Notes under the pieces: generated by a model
Databases searched by the model: none
What the model was told of the DNA's origin: nothing
Seen by the model: the letters and a program-made list of their open reading frames with translations, nothing else
Position numbers and translations under genes: made by a program
IMG/VR virus record: IMGVR_UViG_3300012347_000302
Coordinates: 20-64,019 of that record
Length of the DNA: 64,000 nt
Source of the DNA: a virus
Reading direction: 5' to 3' (one strand)
Shown here: positions 18,569 through 28,614 of the stretch, one piece after another
Position numbering within the stretch: position 1 is the first letter of the stretch
Layout of the letters: each line of letters begins with the position of its first letter

Positions 18569-19767
18569 ACACCACATCCAACACCACTGACCTTATCCGC
18601 CAGCTCGTAGCAGCAGGCCTCCTCGACTCGCAATATCAAGACGGCGGGGTTGTGTACTTTGAAGATGGCGGGTCGTCCGATGGTGGTGGCGGCGGCGATG
18701 GTGGTGGCGGCGGCGATGGTGGTGGTGGCGGCGGCGATGGTGGTGGCGGCGGCGATGGTGGTGGCGGCGGCGGCGATGGTGGTGGCGGCGGCGATGGTGG
18801 TGGCGGCGGGTCGTCCGCCTCAAGCTCCTCTGAATCAAGCTCGTCCGACTCGAGCGCCTCTGACTCGAGCGCCTCTGACTCGAGCTCGTCCGACTCAAGC
18901 TCGTCCGACTCAAGCTCGTCCGACTCAAGCTCGTCCGACAGCGGGACGACTGGGGCCATGGGTGGTGGGTTCGGTGACACTGCGGACGCCGGAGTTTCGG
19001 ACGCCGGAGTTTCGGACGCCGAAGCGGCCACAGGGGTTGCTGGTGTCGGTGCAAGTGACGCTGCGGCCGCAACGGGGCACTCGAGCTCTGTTGGCGCTGG
19101 CGCGGTGGGTGGGGACGTTGGCGGGACGGGCGGATGGGGTGTTGATAGCAGTGGGATGTCCTCGCCGGCTAGTGCGGCTACCACTGGGCCAACACTAGCT
19201 CAGATTGCGGCCTTGGCAGCGGCGGTAGTATCGCAAAACCCAGTGGCCATGGCCATGGCCGTAGCCAATATGACCGGAAACCCCGGTGTCGCTGCGGGGA
19301 TAGGCACCGCCAACGCGCTGGCGTCAGGGAACATCGCGGGCGCGATTTCTGGCATAGCGGGGCTCGCGGGCAGCGGGGCGCTTGGCACTGGTTCATCCAG
19401 CTCGACAGGTTCGACAGGTTCCACAGGGGCTACGGGCAGCGATGGGGGCGGAAGCGGGTCTTCGGACTCCACTCCAACGACTCCAACGACTCCAACGACT
19501 CCAACGACTCCAACGACTCCAACGACTCCCAGCACCACGAAATCCGGAACGGACGTAAACGCGCTGTTGGCTCTTATTGGGGCATCCGGGGGCGGATCGG
19601 GCTCTGCTGCTCAAGGCACTGCAGCTTCCCAAGATAACTCTGCAGACGTACAATTGATGCAGGATATTTTCGGGTCGTCACTTGGGTTTGACGCGCCCAA
19701 ACCAAAAACCGCCAAGGCGGCACATGGAGGCTCAGTAGATGAGCTTCTGCAAATTCTAAGGGGCTGA
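18565..19767 (+). CDS. Low-complexity putative ejection/internal virion protein
   Basis: 400 aa with (DG4-6)x7, DSS[SA]S and (TPT)x6 tracts; first gene of the ejection cluster. Confidence 0.65.
   Translation: MNTTSNTTDLIRQLVAAGLLDSQYQDGGVVYFEDGGSSDGGGGGDGGGGGDGGGGGGDGGGGGDGGGGGGDGGGGGDGGGGGSSASSSSESSSSDSSASDSSASDSSSSDSSSSDSSSSDSSSSDSGTTGAMGGGFGDTADAGVSDAGVSDAEAATGVAGVGASDAAAATGHSSSVGAGAVGGDVGGTGGWGVDSSGMSSPASAATTGPTLAQIAALAAAVVSQNPVAMAMAVANMTGNPGVAAGIGTANALASGNIAGAISGIAGLAGSGALGTGSSSSTGSTGSTGATGSDGGGSGSSDSTPTTPTTPTTPTTPTTPTTPSTTKSGTDVNALLALIGASGGGSGSAAQGTAASQDNSADVQLMQDIFGSSLGFDAPKPKTAKAAHGGSVDELLQILRG
18679..18942 (+). repeat. Tandem repeats encoding poly-(DGGGGG) and poly-(DSSSS)
   Basis: Seven GAT-GGT-GG(T/C)... 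units followed by 15-nt GACTC[AG]AGC(TCGTCC/GCCTCT) units. Confidence 0.9.
19471..19529 (+). repeat. 9-nt tandem repeat (ACTCCAACG)x6 plus a partial copy
   Basis: Read directly from the sequence. Confidence 0.95.
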
Positions 19768-19768
19768 T

Positions 19769-21496
19769 ATGGCACAACGATGGGTAGACCTTGGGGACGA
19801 TAGTGGGTACTGGGAAGACGACGGGTATGACTTCGAGCCAGAACCAGTTACTGACACACCGGAGCTGCTGAACCCAGACACCCCCGACACAGGGACGGAC
19901 GACTATGATTTTTACGAATCAATCGGAATTGACCCCGGAACGCTGAGCGATTTCAAGGACTCCCCAACCAACCAACAGATTCTGAAAGACATCGGGTACA
20001 CCGGGACAGACTTCACTCTTGCGGGTATTGGAAATTTCCTAAAAGGGCTTGTGTCTAAGCCGGGTGGCGGATACAGCATCAGCAAAATTTTGCCGCTGCT
20101 AGGCGGCGCATCTAGTTTGTTTGATAGCGGCAGCGGCAGCGCTCCGACTCGCCCTACCGGTTACCAAGGGACCATCCCGAAGTACACTGCCACGCGCGAA
20201 GCCCCGGGCATTGGCCAGCTCCTGAGCGGCAACGTGCTGTACAAGAAACCTGACGGCGCGGTCGTGAACCCAAACAGTGCAGCCCCGTCGACGGGTATTG
20301 CACCTGCGGCAAATACTGAAGTGGCCAAGGCCAAGGGTGGCCTGCTGGAGTCCGGCGGGTTCGTGATCCCTGCAGACGTCGTGTCGCATCTGGGCAATGG
20401 TAGCAGCGAAGCCGGCCTGAAGTTGCTGGCGCAACGCACTGGTGCAGCCCCAATCAAAGGCAAAGGCGACGGTATGAGCGATTCTATTAAGACTACCATT
20501 GACGGGCACCAACCTGCCCGCGTGGCCAATGAGGAAGCTCGTTTGACCAAATCCCAAGTGGAAGCCCTCGGCGGCGCCAAAAAGCTGTATGCCATGATGG
20601 ACAAGATTCGTCAGGCCCGTACCGGCTCCAAAGAGCAGGGCAAGCAGATCGACCCCAGCAAGTTCATGCCCGGCGGCACAGTGCAAGGCTACGCGACTGG
20701 CGGCACCCTCCCCGCAGGCACCGTTGGCACCGAGTCCAGCCTCTCTAACTGGGCGGGTGACTACGTCACTGACATGCTTGGCAAGGGCCAAGCGCTGTCT
20801 GAAATGCCCTACGAGCAGTACAAAGGCCCACTGACTGCGGGCGCATCCGACCTGCAAGGCAAGGTCTCTACCGGCTTGGGTGGCTTGAACTTCCCCGGCA
20901 CTCTGGGCCAGTCGTTCTCAAGCTCCACGGCTCCAACCATCGGTGCAGATGGGCAGCCCACAGGTGGCGGCGGTATCGCATCCAACTACATGAACCCGTA
21001 CCTGTCCGCTGTGCTTAACCCACAGATGGAGGAGATGCGTCGTCAAGCCAAGATCAACAACCTGTCTGGCGTCGGTGCACTGACCAAGTCGGGCGCGTTT
21101 GGTGGCGGTCGTCAGGCCATCATGGAGTCGGAAGCCAACCGCAACCTGCTGACTGAGCAGAACAAGACCATCGGTCAAGGTTACTCCAACGCCTACGACA
21201 AGGCGATGGGCCAGTTCAACATCGAGCAGGGTCAGGCCAAAGACTTGGCAGGGCTCATGGCGCAGCAAGGCGCAGTCGATCGCGGGATTGAATCCGAAGG
21301 CGTGGCGGCGAACAAGGCACAGTTTGAAGAGGCCCGGGCCAACCCCTACAAGATGGTGCAGTTCCAGCAGTCGCTCCTCTCCGGCTTGCCGTTGGAGTCT
21401 CAGAGCTTTACTCCTGCAGAGGTTGATGCGTTCACCGCGTTCTCACAGAAATTCAAAACAGTGGATGAGATGCTCAAAGCCCTCGGCCAAACTTAA
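19769..21496 (+). CDS. DNA ejection/pilot protein
   Basis: Q/G/A-rich; YMNPY..AVL.PQ.EE.RRQ and GAFGGGRQAIMESE motifs seen in podovirus ejection proteins. Confidence 0.7.
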   Translation: MAQRWVDLGDDSGYWEDDGYDFEPEPVTDTPELLNPDTPDTGTDDYDFYESIGIDPGTLSDFKDSPTNQQILKDIGYTGTDFTLAGIGNFLKGLVSKPGGGYSISKILPLLGGASSLFDSGSGSAPTRPTGYQGTIPKYTATREAPGIGQLLSGNVLYKKPDGAVVNPNSAAPSTGIAPAANTEVAKAKGGLLESGGFVIPADVVSHLGNGSSEAGLKLLAQRTGAAPIKGKGDGMSDSIKTTIDGHQPARVANEEARLTKSQVEALGGAKKLYAMMDKIRQARTGSKEQGKQIDPSKFMPGGTVQGYATGGTLPAGTVGTESSLSNWAGDYVTDMLGKGQALSEMPYEQYKGPLTAGASDLQGKVSTGLGGLNFPGTLGQSFSSSTAPTIGADGQPTGGGGIASNYMNPYLSAVLNPQMEEMRRQAKINNLSGVGALTKSGAFGGGRQAIMESEANRNLLTEQNKTIGQGYSNAYDKAMGQFNIEQGQAKDLAGLMAQQGAVDRGIESEGVAANKAQFEEARANPYKMVQFQQSLLSGLPLESQSFTPAEVDAFTAFSQKFKTVDEMLKALGQT

Positions 21497-21508
21497 TAAG
21501 GACGTACC

Positions 21509-23071
21509 ATGCAACAACCCAGCGCCCAAGGCATCGCGTCTCTGTATCGCGGCAATCCCCAGCCATTGCAGCAGAGCATCCAAAAAGACCAGCAGGCCAA
21601 GCCCGGCCTGCCACCTGACCTGCAGAAGATGTTGGCCCTCCAGATCGTGACCAACGAGAAAGACGGCGCCACCGCGCAGGCAGCCATGGATCAACTCAAG
21701 CAAATGGCCGGCCCCCAAGGCTCCCCGCCCACCGTGATGCAGTCCTTGCAGGAGCAGGCCAAGCAGAAGCTGCAGGCTCAAGCTGTGCAGGGGCAACAAC
21801 AGCAGCAGGGTATTCAGGCTTTGATGCAGCAAGCACCTGCAGGCGCAGTGCCGGCCGGTACCCCACAACCCGAAGCGCAGCCCGAAGCCCAAGGTATCGA
21901 CCAACTGCCCGCCGAGTTTGCGATGGCCGAAGGCGGTATCGTTGCGTTCAGCGGCGAAGACGGTAGCGACGTGCCCGAAGCCGATGACTCCGAGGGAATC
22001 AAGAAAGCGCTGAAGTTTGTTGCCGGGTTGCCCATTGAGGCGTTAAAAACGTTGGTCAGTGCGCCCGGATATGGGTTGAACAAAGATGCGGCACCTGAAA
22101 AGAAGCCGCAGCCCAAGGAGGCCGATAGCCGCGCAGCTCTCAACAAAGCCGATGCCGCAGCCTACGCAGCTCCTGCGGAGCCCAAGCCCCCAGCCGCACC
22201 AGCTCGCGACCTTAAGGCGTTGGTCGCCCAACGCGCTGCACCTGCTCAAGCCGCGGCGCCGGCACCTGCTCCAGCTACTGACTCCGACGCTCTGAAGCTG
22301 ATTAAGGAGAGGATGCAGGAAAGCCCTGAAGCTCGGGAATCTCGCGAAATTGCCAAGTACAAGGCTGCTATTGGCGAGCCGGACACCTCGCAGCACGACC
22401 GTCTGATCGAGGAGCTGGACAAGCGCAAGGCTCAGTTTGAAGCTCCAAAGGCCGGGTATGACCGCCTTGCTGAGTATCTGGGTGAGGTCGCCAAGGGCGG
22501 TCGTGGTAAGAAGTGGTACGAAGCTGGAGCCGCAGGGTCGGCCAGCCTGAACGAATTGGACAAGAGCCGGAAGACTCAGCAGTTTGAGCTGTCCAAGCAA
22601 GCCGTCGAGGTGTCCCAGAAAAAGCTGGACACTGTCCGCGCCTACGCCAAGGATGTCTACGGTGTCGGCAAGTCTGCCTTCGATCAGGTGTACAAAGACC
22701 AGTACGATGCAGCCAAGGAAGTCGCCAAGAGTGAGCAGGACGCCCGCAAGCTGGCGCAGGAGAACACCCTCAAGCGCTTGGAGATGCAAAACGACTTGCA
22801 GAAGGCCAACATCATGGCCAACGCACGCGATACCGGTGGTACTGGGGACAGGCAGCAGCTTGCGGAGCTCAAAGCCCTGCAGAAGCAGTACGCCGACCAG
22901 ATGAAAACGACATTTAACAAGGCCGACAAGGCCGCGTTGCAGACCAAACTGAGCGCTGTTGAAACTGCGATTGCCAAGATGGCTGGGCTCGATACAATGC
23001 TAAAAGCCCCCGGCGCAGCAAGCCCCGGCGGAACCAACCAACAAGGCTGGGGCATTAAACCGCTCCAGTAA
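21509..23071 (+). CDS. Ejection protein (helical, Q/A/K-rich)
   Basis: AAGGA RBS; MAEGGIVAF motif; position between pilot and large ejection protein. Confidence 0.65.
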   Translation: MQQPSAQGIASLYRGNPQPLQQSIQKDQQAKPGLPPDLQKMLALQIVTNEKDGATAQAAMDQLKQMAGPQGSPPTVMQSLQEQAKQKLQAQAVQGQQQQQGIQALMQQAPAGAVPAGTPQPEAQPEAQGIDQLPAEFAMAEGGIVAFSGEDGSDVPEADDSEGIKKALKFVAGLPIEALKTLVSAPGYGLNKDAAPEKKPQPKEADSRAALNKADAAAYAAPAEPKPPAAPARDLKALVAQRAAPAQAAAPAPAPATDSDALKLIKERMQESPEARESREIAKYKAAIGEPDTSQHDRLIEELDKRKAQFEAPKAGYDRLAEYLGEVAKGGRGKKWYEAGAAGSASLNELDKSRKTQQFELSKQAVEVSQKKLDTVRAYAKDVYGVGKSAFDQVYKDQYDAAKEVAKSEQDARKLAQENTLKRLEMQNDLQKANIMANARDTGGTGDRQQLAELKALQKQYADQMKTTFNKADKAALQTKLSAVETAIAKMAGLDTMLKAPGAASPGGTNQQGWGIKPLQ

Positions 23072-23082
23072 TGGAGCCCTAG

Positions 23083-26000
23083 ATGCCTCGCTACGAGATT
23101 ACCTCCCCCGACGGACGCAAGTTTGAAGTAACCGCCCCGGAGGGGGCATCTCAAGGCGAGGTGCTTGCATACGCGCAAGCAAATTTTGCCAAAGCCGAAG
23201 CGCCTAAAACCACCGCTTTAGGGCAGGTCAAAGAAGGTTTCAAGGGCGTCGTTCCCGGCGCAGTTGGCCTGCTGGAAAGTGCTGCCACTGGAGCATCGGC
23301 ATTGCTCCCCGAGGGCATGGAGAAATCCGCCCGAGAGAAGATTAAGTCAGTGGCAACGGCAGCAAAAGCGCCATTCGCCGCAGACGCGGGGTACGAAGAC
23401 TCTGTTGGGCGCAAGCTGGGCGAAGCCGTCGGCTCCACGGCTCCTTTCCTATTGGCGGGCCCCTTGGGCTTGGCGGGTCGCGCTGCGGCCGTAGGCTTGG
23501 GCGTTGGTGCTGGCGCCGGTGAAGCTCGCACGCGGGCCGAAGAAGCTGGAGCCACAGGTGCCCAGCGGGGCACAGCCACTGCACTGGGCATAATCCCCGG
23601 CGCACTCGAAGCGTTCGCCCCTATCCGAGTTTTGTCCCGCATCCCCACAGCGTCAAAAGCTGCAGGGGTAGAGGCCGTCAAACGCGCACTGGTCGCGGGC
23701 GGCGAGGAGGCAGCCCAAGAAGCTGCGTCAGGATTCGCGCAAAACCTCATTGCCAAGGGTGTGTACAAACCCGAGCAGGCACTAATTGAGGGGTTGGGGG
23801 AGCAAGCTGCGTACGGCGGAGCCACTGGTGCCATCGTGCAGGGCTTGATGGACTTGGCCCTTGGCCGTCGCGCCCGAGGTGCACAGGCACCGCAGGAAAA
23901 ACCGCAAGCTCCGGAAGCAAAGCCAGAGCCAGTAGTACCCGCACCGCAGGCGCAAGCCGCGATACCCGCACCGGAAGCACAGGCTGCGCTGCCCGCACCA
24001 GCGGAACGGCTCGCCCTGCCAAACGCACCGACACCCGAGAGCGCTGCAGAGGCGATCCAAGAGCGCGAGCGCTTAAAGTCCCGGCCCCAAACTGCTGACC
24101 TCGCTGCTCGTGTTGAGGAGCTGGACGCCCTGATCGACACCTACAACCAGTCGGACATCGAGGTGATCCGGGAAGAGCAGGCGCAGAAGAAAGCCGAGGC
24201 CGCAAAGGCTACCGCGGACGATGCCGAAGTACGCCGCCGGTTCCCCGGTCTGGTCGGTGCCGTCGAGGAAGAGGCAGTTGCCCCCGGCGCGTTTACGATG
24301 CAGAATGTGGTGGACACCGGTATCTCTGTTGGTCCCGGCGTTAAGGCATGGGCCGCCGAAAATATCGTTGGCAAGACCCAAGCTGAGTTGCAGGCGCTGG
24401 TGGCTAAAGTGCCCGCGCTGCTCGAAGGCAAGACGCAACGGACCAAGCTGTTGCGGGAGCTGTTGGCACCACAACCCGCCAAATTTGAGGAGGCACTCCG
24501 TGTCGAACCGACCCCTACCGCGACGCCTGCAGTTGAGCAGCGAGCTGAGCCCGGAGCAAGTGAGCCAAGCGTGGGAGTTCCTAGTGAGCCTGCCATTGCC
24601 GAACTCCCTGAACCCGGAGCCGGAGTATCCGCCCCCACCGAAGAACCTGTCGCATCTGACGGACTCGGATTGGTATCTGCTGGACGGCCTGCTGTGCCGG
24701 GAGTTGAAGCTCAAAGAGCTGAGCCTGCTGCAGTAACGGCGGACCAACTGCATACGCAGGTCCGCGGTCTGGTCGACCAACAGCAAGCCCTGCTCAGCAA
24801 GTCTGGGCAAGCCCCGCGTGGCGGGACCGCTAAGGCGGCGCAATGGGCCGAACTGGATACCCAGATCGCGGACCTGAAATCGCAACTGGATGTCGCTGAC
24901 CGCGCCGGTCGTGCAAACACGGCCGAGCCCAAAGCCCCGGCCGCCGCAGAGAAAACCCTTCAGGAAAAACTGCAGGCCATCATTGACGACTCCACCGCGT
25001 CTAAGCGCTCGAAGCAAACCGCTTTTGCCGCACTGGATTCCCTGACCGACCCGGACCTAAACGAGACCGCGGAAGAGCGCCAGCAGAACGAAGCCTACGC
25101 TGAGAAAGAACTGCAGTCCGCTGAAAAGCAGCGCCGCTTCGCAGCCCCCCGAGGTAATGCCCAAACGCTGAGCGAGCTGGAGCAAGAGATTCAGAACATG
25201 CCGGGCAAGCTGGGTGATGCCGTTCGCAAGATGCGTCGCACCGGCAAGCTGAAACTGGAAGAGGGCGATGGCTCCCAAGGTGGTTTGTACGACGGCAAGC
25301 GGGCTACCCTGTACGCACGCGGTACCCCAAAGGGCCAAGCGCTCGGTATGCTGCTGCACGAAGTCGGCGCCCACATGGGTATGCGCAACCTGCTGGGCCA
25401 GAAACAGTACGATGCCGTGATTGACCGCATCGCTGCCATGCTGAAAGCGCCTGATGGCTCGCTAGAGAAGCGACTGGCTGCCACTGCATATGACCGTATC
25501 CCGGAACAAGACCGCGCACGCGGCGCTGAAGTTGCCCGTGACGAGCTGGTGGCCTATTTTGTTGAGGGCGTAGCGTACGCCGAAGCCGATGGTCAGCTGC
25601 CGAAGCGCGGCCCGTTGCGTGTCGTGTGGGACCAGATCAAGACCGCCATCACAACCAGCGTCAACCGGGCACTGGGCACGTCATTCGGTATCAACGATTT
25701 GACCCCCCAGCAGATTGCGGACATCGCTACCGCGGCCATCTTCAGAGAGTCCGAGACTGGCGTATCCGAGACTGCCGAGGTCAAGCAGCAGTTCTCCGTA
25801 GCCCCTAGCACCGAAACCCTGATCGACTCCATGGGTCCGATGGAAGTGCAAGAAAAGCCCATGCTGCGCAAAGTCATTGATGGATTTAAAGCGCAGGACG
25901 ATATTGGGTATGCGACGAAGTTTCGCACTCAGGCAGCGGACTCCGCGGCCACGATTGAACACCGCCTGCGCGAGCAGTTTGACGGTGCCGTGAAGGACAA

Positions 26001-28407
26001 GCTGGGCAAGTTCAACCCGATGGGCCTGTACCGTCAGGCGCAGGATTACTCCAAGATGCTGCTGGAATACCTGCAGGTGGGGTCCATCGCCAAGGAACCC
26101 GCAACGGGTTTGTGGAAAGTCAAAGCGGACCCCAAGGTTCGCCCGCCCGTGGAAGTCTACGCGCTGATCGACAAGTGGGCTGCCAAGAACGGCTACTCTC
26201 GCGAGCGAGGCACGCAAATCGCCAGTCGTATTCTGGAAGGTGTGCGATTGAACGCCATGCGCGATGCCAATACGAACGACGGCGCAGGCTTCCTGCTGCA
26301 CCTGAAGGACAACGAGATCGACCAGCTGGTGCGCGAGTACAAGGCAGACCCGGACCTTCAGGCCATGAGCAAAGTCATGGATGAAGCCCGTCTGGCCATG
26401 GTGGACAACATGGTGGCGGTGGGTCGGTTGTCTGCCGAGCAGGGTCAATTGTGGAAAGACGCCGCAGGGTATGTGCCGTTCGACCGCATCGAGGACTTCG
26501 CCACCAGCTTCGCCAAGATCAAGAAGATCAGCAACAAGGGGCTGGCCCAAGTTGGCAAGCTGCCGGAACTCGTGGGCTCGATCAACCGCCCCGTTGGCAA
26601 CGTGTTTGACAACTACCTGAACACCCTCGGGTGGATGGTGGGCCAGACGCTCAAGACGGACGGCACCGTGCAAACCCTGCGCAGTCTGGAAGACGCGGGA
26701 CATGCCAAGTACCTCGGCCTCAGCCCACAAGGCAAAGACAACGTCGTGGGCATGTACGTCAAAGGTGAGATGATGTATTGGGAAGTGCCCTCGAAGTACG
26801 ACGTGCTGGCGTTCAAGGACCTGAACCCGCCCAAGGCCAAGTGGCTGCAGGTGCTGGGCCAAGCATCCAACGTGCTGCGAAAGGCGGTGACATCGCTGCC
26901 TCCATTTGCGCTCAAGCAGGTGACTGACGACGTACAGCGGGCCATCATGACCTCCGGCGTGAAGAACCCCGGCGCTCTGCTACGCATGACGCTCTCCAAC
27001 TTCGGCGGGCTGGCACTGGCCGAGCTGCGCGGTATCCAGCACCCAGCAGTCAAGCAGTTCGGTGCACTGGGTCTGACCGGCGAATACGACTTCCAACAAG
27101 GCAAGCCTGCAGCGTCCGTGCTCAAGGACTTAGGGTACAAACCTCGGGGCAAGTTTGAAACTTTGATGCACCGGCTGGACGGCATTACCCGCGCGTCCGA
27201 CTTAGCTGTCCGCAAAGCCATCTTCGACCAGACCATGAAGGAGTCGCAGGGCGACGAGCTGCTGGCGCAGACCCGGGCGCGAGAGTTCATCAACTTCCGC
27301 CGTCGCGGCGCGTCGGACTTCGTGGGCGCCATGGTGACAACCATCCCGTTCTTCAACGCCTACATCCAAGGTATGGACGTGCTGTACCGTGCGGCCTCTG
27401 GCAAGGACTCCAGCTCCTCAGTGGGTCGGGCGCAGGCACGCCGCATGTTCTGGAGCCGGGCTGCTATCGTTATGGCTCTCAGCTCTCTGTACGCCCTTGG
27501 TAAGGGGGACGACGACGAAGAATACAACGAGATGGACCTGCGTACCCGGGACAGCAACTGGATTCTGCCGGGTGGAGTCAAGCTGCCAGTACCCAGCGAA
27601 TTGGGCGCGTTGTTCAAGGTGGTCCCCGAGCGCGTGGTGGAATACATGCGCCGCCAAGGCACCCCCGAGGAGCAAACCGCGTGGGAAGCAACCCGCACTG
27701 CACTGTCGTACATCTTTGAGCAATACGTCGGCCGCACGGTGCCTGTGCCGCAGGGCGTGAAACCTCTGCTGGAAGCATGGACCAACTACTCGTTCTTCAC
27801 TGGCCGCGAGCTGGAAGGTATCTACCAGAAGCAGCAGGACCCAAGCCTGCGCCGCGCATCGAACACCTCCGAGTTGGCCATCGCCATTGCGGAGTTCAGC
27901 AAAAACATCGTTGGTGTGGACAAAGTTTCACCCATCCTGATCGACAACGCGCTGAACGGCTACTTCGGTTCGTCCGCTGGCCTGCTGGTTGCCATGACCG
28001 ACTCTTTGCTGAACCCAACGCGAGTTGACCGCCCCCTGCATAAGTGGGCACTGGTGTCCAACTACATGTACGACCCGGTGGGCACGCGCCGCATGACCGA
28101 GTTCTACGAGGAGCGCGAAAAGGTTGGCCGCGCCAACACCACGCTGAACGAGCTGATGAAGACCGATCTGGACAAAGCCGCTGCGTATGCCGAGGAGCAT
28201 GCCGACGAACTGATGCTGGAATCTGCAGTCAACTCGACACTGGAACAATTGGAGCGCACCCGGGCCTACAAGAAGCACCTTAACAGCCCAGCCGGAGCTG
28301 AGGACATGTCCAAGGAAGAGCGCGAAGCGTCCATCAAAGAAGTGCGCCAGATGGAGCTCGAACTCACCGGCTGGCTGCGAGAGGCCAAAGCCAGCATGCG
28401 TCAGTAA
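23083..28407 (+). CDS. Large polyvalent/ejection protein with zincin-like HExxxH region and LPD38-like C-terminus
   Basis: 1774 aa; LLHEVGAHMG at 25351-25380 with downstream DELVAYFVE; INFRRRG...IPFFNAYIQG...P.GVKPLLE..TN.SFFTGR. Confidence 0.75.
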   Translation: MPRYEITSPDGRKFEVTAPEGASQGEVLAYAQANFAKAEAPKTTALGQVKEGFKGVVPGAVGLLESAATGASALLPEGMEKSAREKIKSVATAAKAPFAADAGYEDSVGRKLGEAVGSTAPFLLAGPLGLAGRAAAVGLGVGAGAGEARTRAEEAGATGAQRGTATALGIIPGALEAFAPIRVLSRIPTASKAAGVEAVKRALVAGGEEAAQEAASGFAQNLIAKGVYKPEQALIEGLGEQAAYGGATGAIVQGLMDLALGRRARGAQAPQEKPQAPEAKPEPVVPAPQAQAAIPAPEAQAALPAPAERLALPNAPTPESAAEAIQERERLKSRPQTADLAARVEELDALIDTYNQSDIEVIREEQAQKKAEAAKATADDAEVRRRFPGLVGAVEEEAVAPGAFTMQNVVDTGISVGPGVKAWAAENIVGKTQAELQALVAKVPALLEGKTQRTKLLRELLAPQPAKFEEALRVEPTPTATPAVEQRAEPGASEPSVGVPSEPAIAELPEPGAGVSAPTEEPVASDGLGLVSAGRPAVPGVEAQRAEPAAVTADQLHTQVRGLVDQQQALLSKSGQAPRGGTAKAAQWAELDTQIADLKSQLDVADRAGRANTAEPKAPAAAEKTLQEKLQAIIDDSTASKRSKQTAFAALDSLTDPDLNETAEERQQNEAYAEKELQSAEKQRRFAAPRGNAQTLSELEQEIQNMPGKLGDAVRKMRRTGKLKLEEGDGSQGGLYDGKRATLYARGTPKGQALGMLLHEVGAHMGMRNLLGQKQYDAVIDRIAAMLKAPDGSLEKRLAATAYDRIPEQDRARGAEVARDELVAYFVEGVAYAEADGQLPKRGPLRVVWDQIKTAITTSVNRALGTSFGINDLTPQQIADIATAAIFRESETGVSETAEVKQQFSVAPSTETLIDSMGPMEVQEKPMLRKVIDGFKAQDDIGYATKFRTQAADSAATIEHRLREQFDGAVKDKLGKFNPMGLYRQAQDYSKMLLEYLQVGSIAKEPATGLWKVKADPKVRPPVEVYALIDKWAAKNGYSRERGTQIASRILEGVRLNAMRDANTNDGAGFLLHLKDNEIDQLVREYKADPDLQAMSKVMDEARLAMVDNMVAVGRLSAEQGQLWKDAAGYVPFDRIEDFATSFAKIKKISNKGLAQVGKLPELVGSINRPVGNVFDNYLNTLGWMVGQTLKTDGTVQTLRSLEDAGHAKYLGLSPQGKDNVVGMYVKGEMMYWEVPSKYDVLAFKDLNPPKAKWLQVLGQASNVLRKAVTSLPPFALKQVTDDVQRAIMTSGVKNPGALLRMTLSNFGGLALAELRGIQHPAVKQFGALGLTGEYDFQQGKPAASVLKDLGYKPRGKFETLMHRLDGITRASDLAVRKAIFDQTMKESQGDELLAQTRAREFINFRRRGASDFVGAMVTTIPFFNAYIQGMDVLYRAASGKDSSSSVGRAQARRMFWSRAAIVMALSSLYALGKGDDDEEYNEMDLRTRDSNWILPGGVKLPVPSELGALFKVVPERVVEYMRRQGTPEEQTAWEATRTALSYIFEQYVGRTVPVPQGVKPLLEAWTNYSFFTGRELEGIYQKQQDPSLRRASNTSELAIAIAEFSKNIVGVDKVSPILIDNALNGYFGSSAGLLVAMTDSLLNPTRVDRPLHKWALVSNYMYDPVGTRRMTEFYEEREKVGRANTTLNELMKTDLDKAAAYAEEHADELMLESAVNSTLEQLERTRAYKKHLNSPAGAEDMSKEEREASIKEVRQMELELTGWLREAKASMRQ

Positions 28408-28610
28408 ACCCGCCAAACGCGGACGCCGTAGCGTCCGTACTCGCAGCGGTTGCGCACCTGCAGCTGTATTCCCAGATACCGGGCGTACGGCTGCAGTGCC
28501 TCGAACGCTTGCTTTTTGGTGGCTGTGCTTGGCAGGAAGAAGGACGCACCGATGGATAGGTGGTCCCAGAAAATGAAGTAGTCCACCCCGTGAAGGGTGA
28601 ACAGCCTCAC
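28401..28610 (-). CDS. Hypothetical protein (69 aa), last gene of the - arm
   Basis: GTG 4 nt after the primase-helicase stop; WDHLSIGASFFLP...GRYGVRVWRV. Confidence 0.65.
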   Translation of the reverse strand: MRLFTLHGVDYFIFWDHLSIGASFFLPSTATKKQAFEALQPYARYLGIQLQVRNRCEYGRYGVRVWRVY

Positions 28611-28614
28611 GTCT

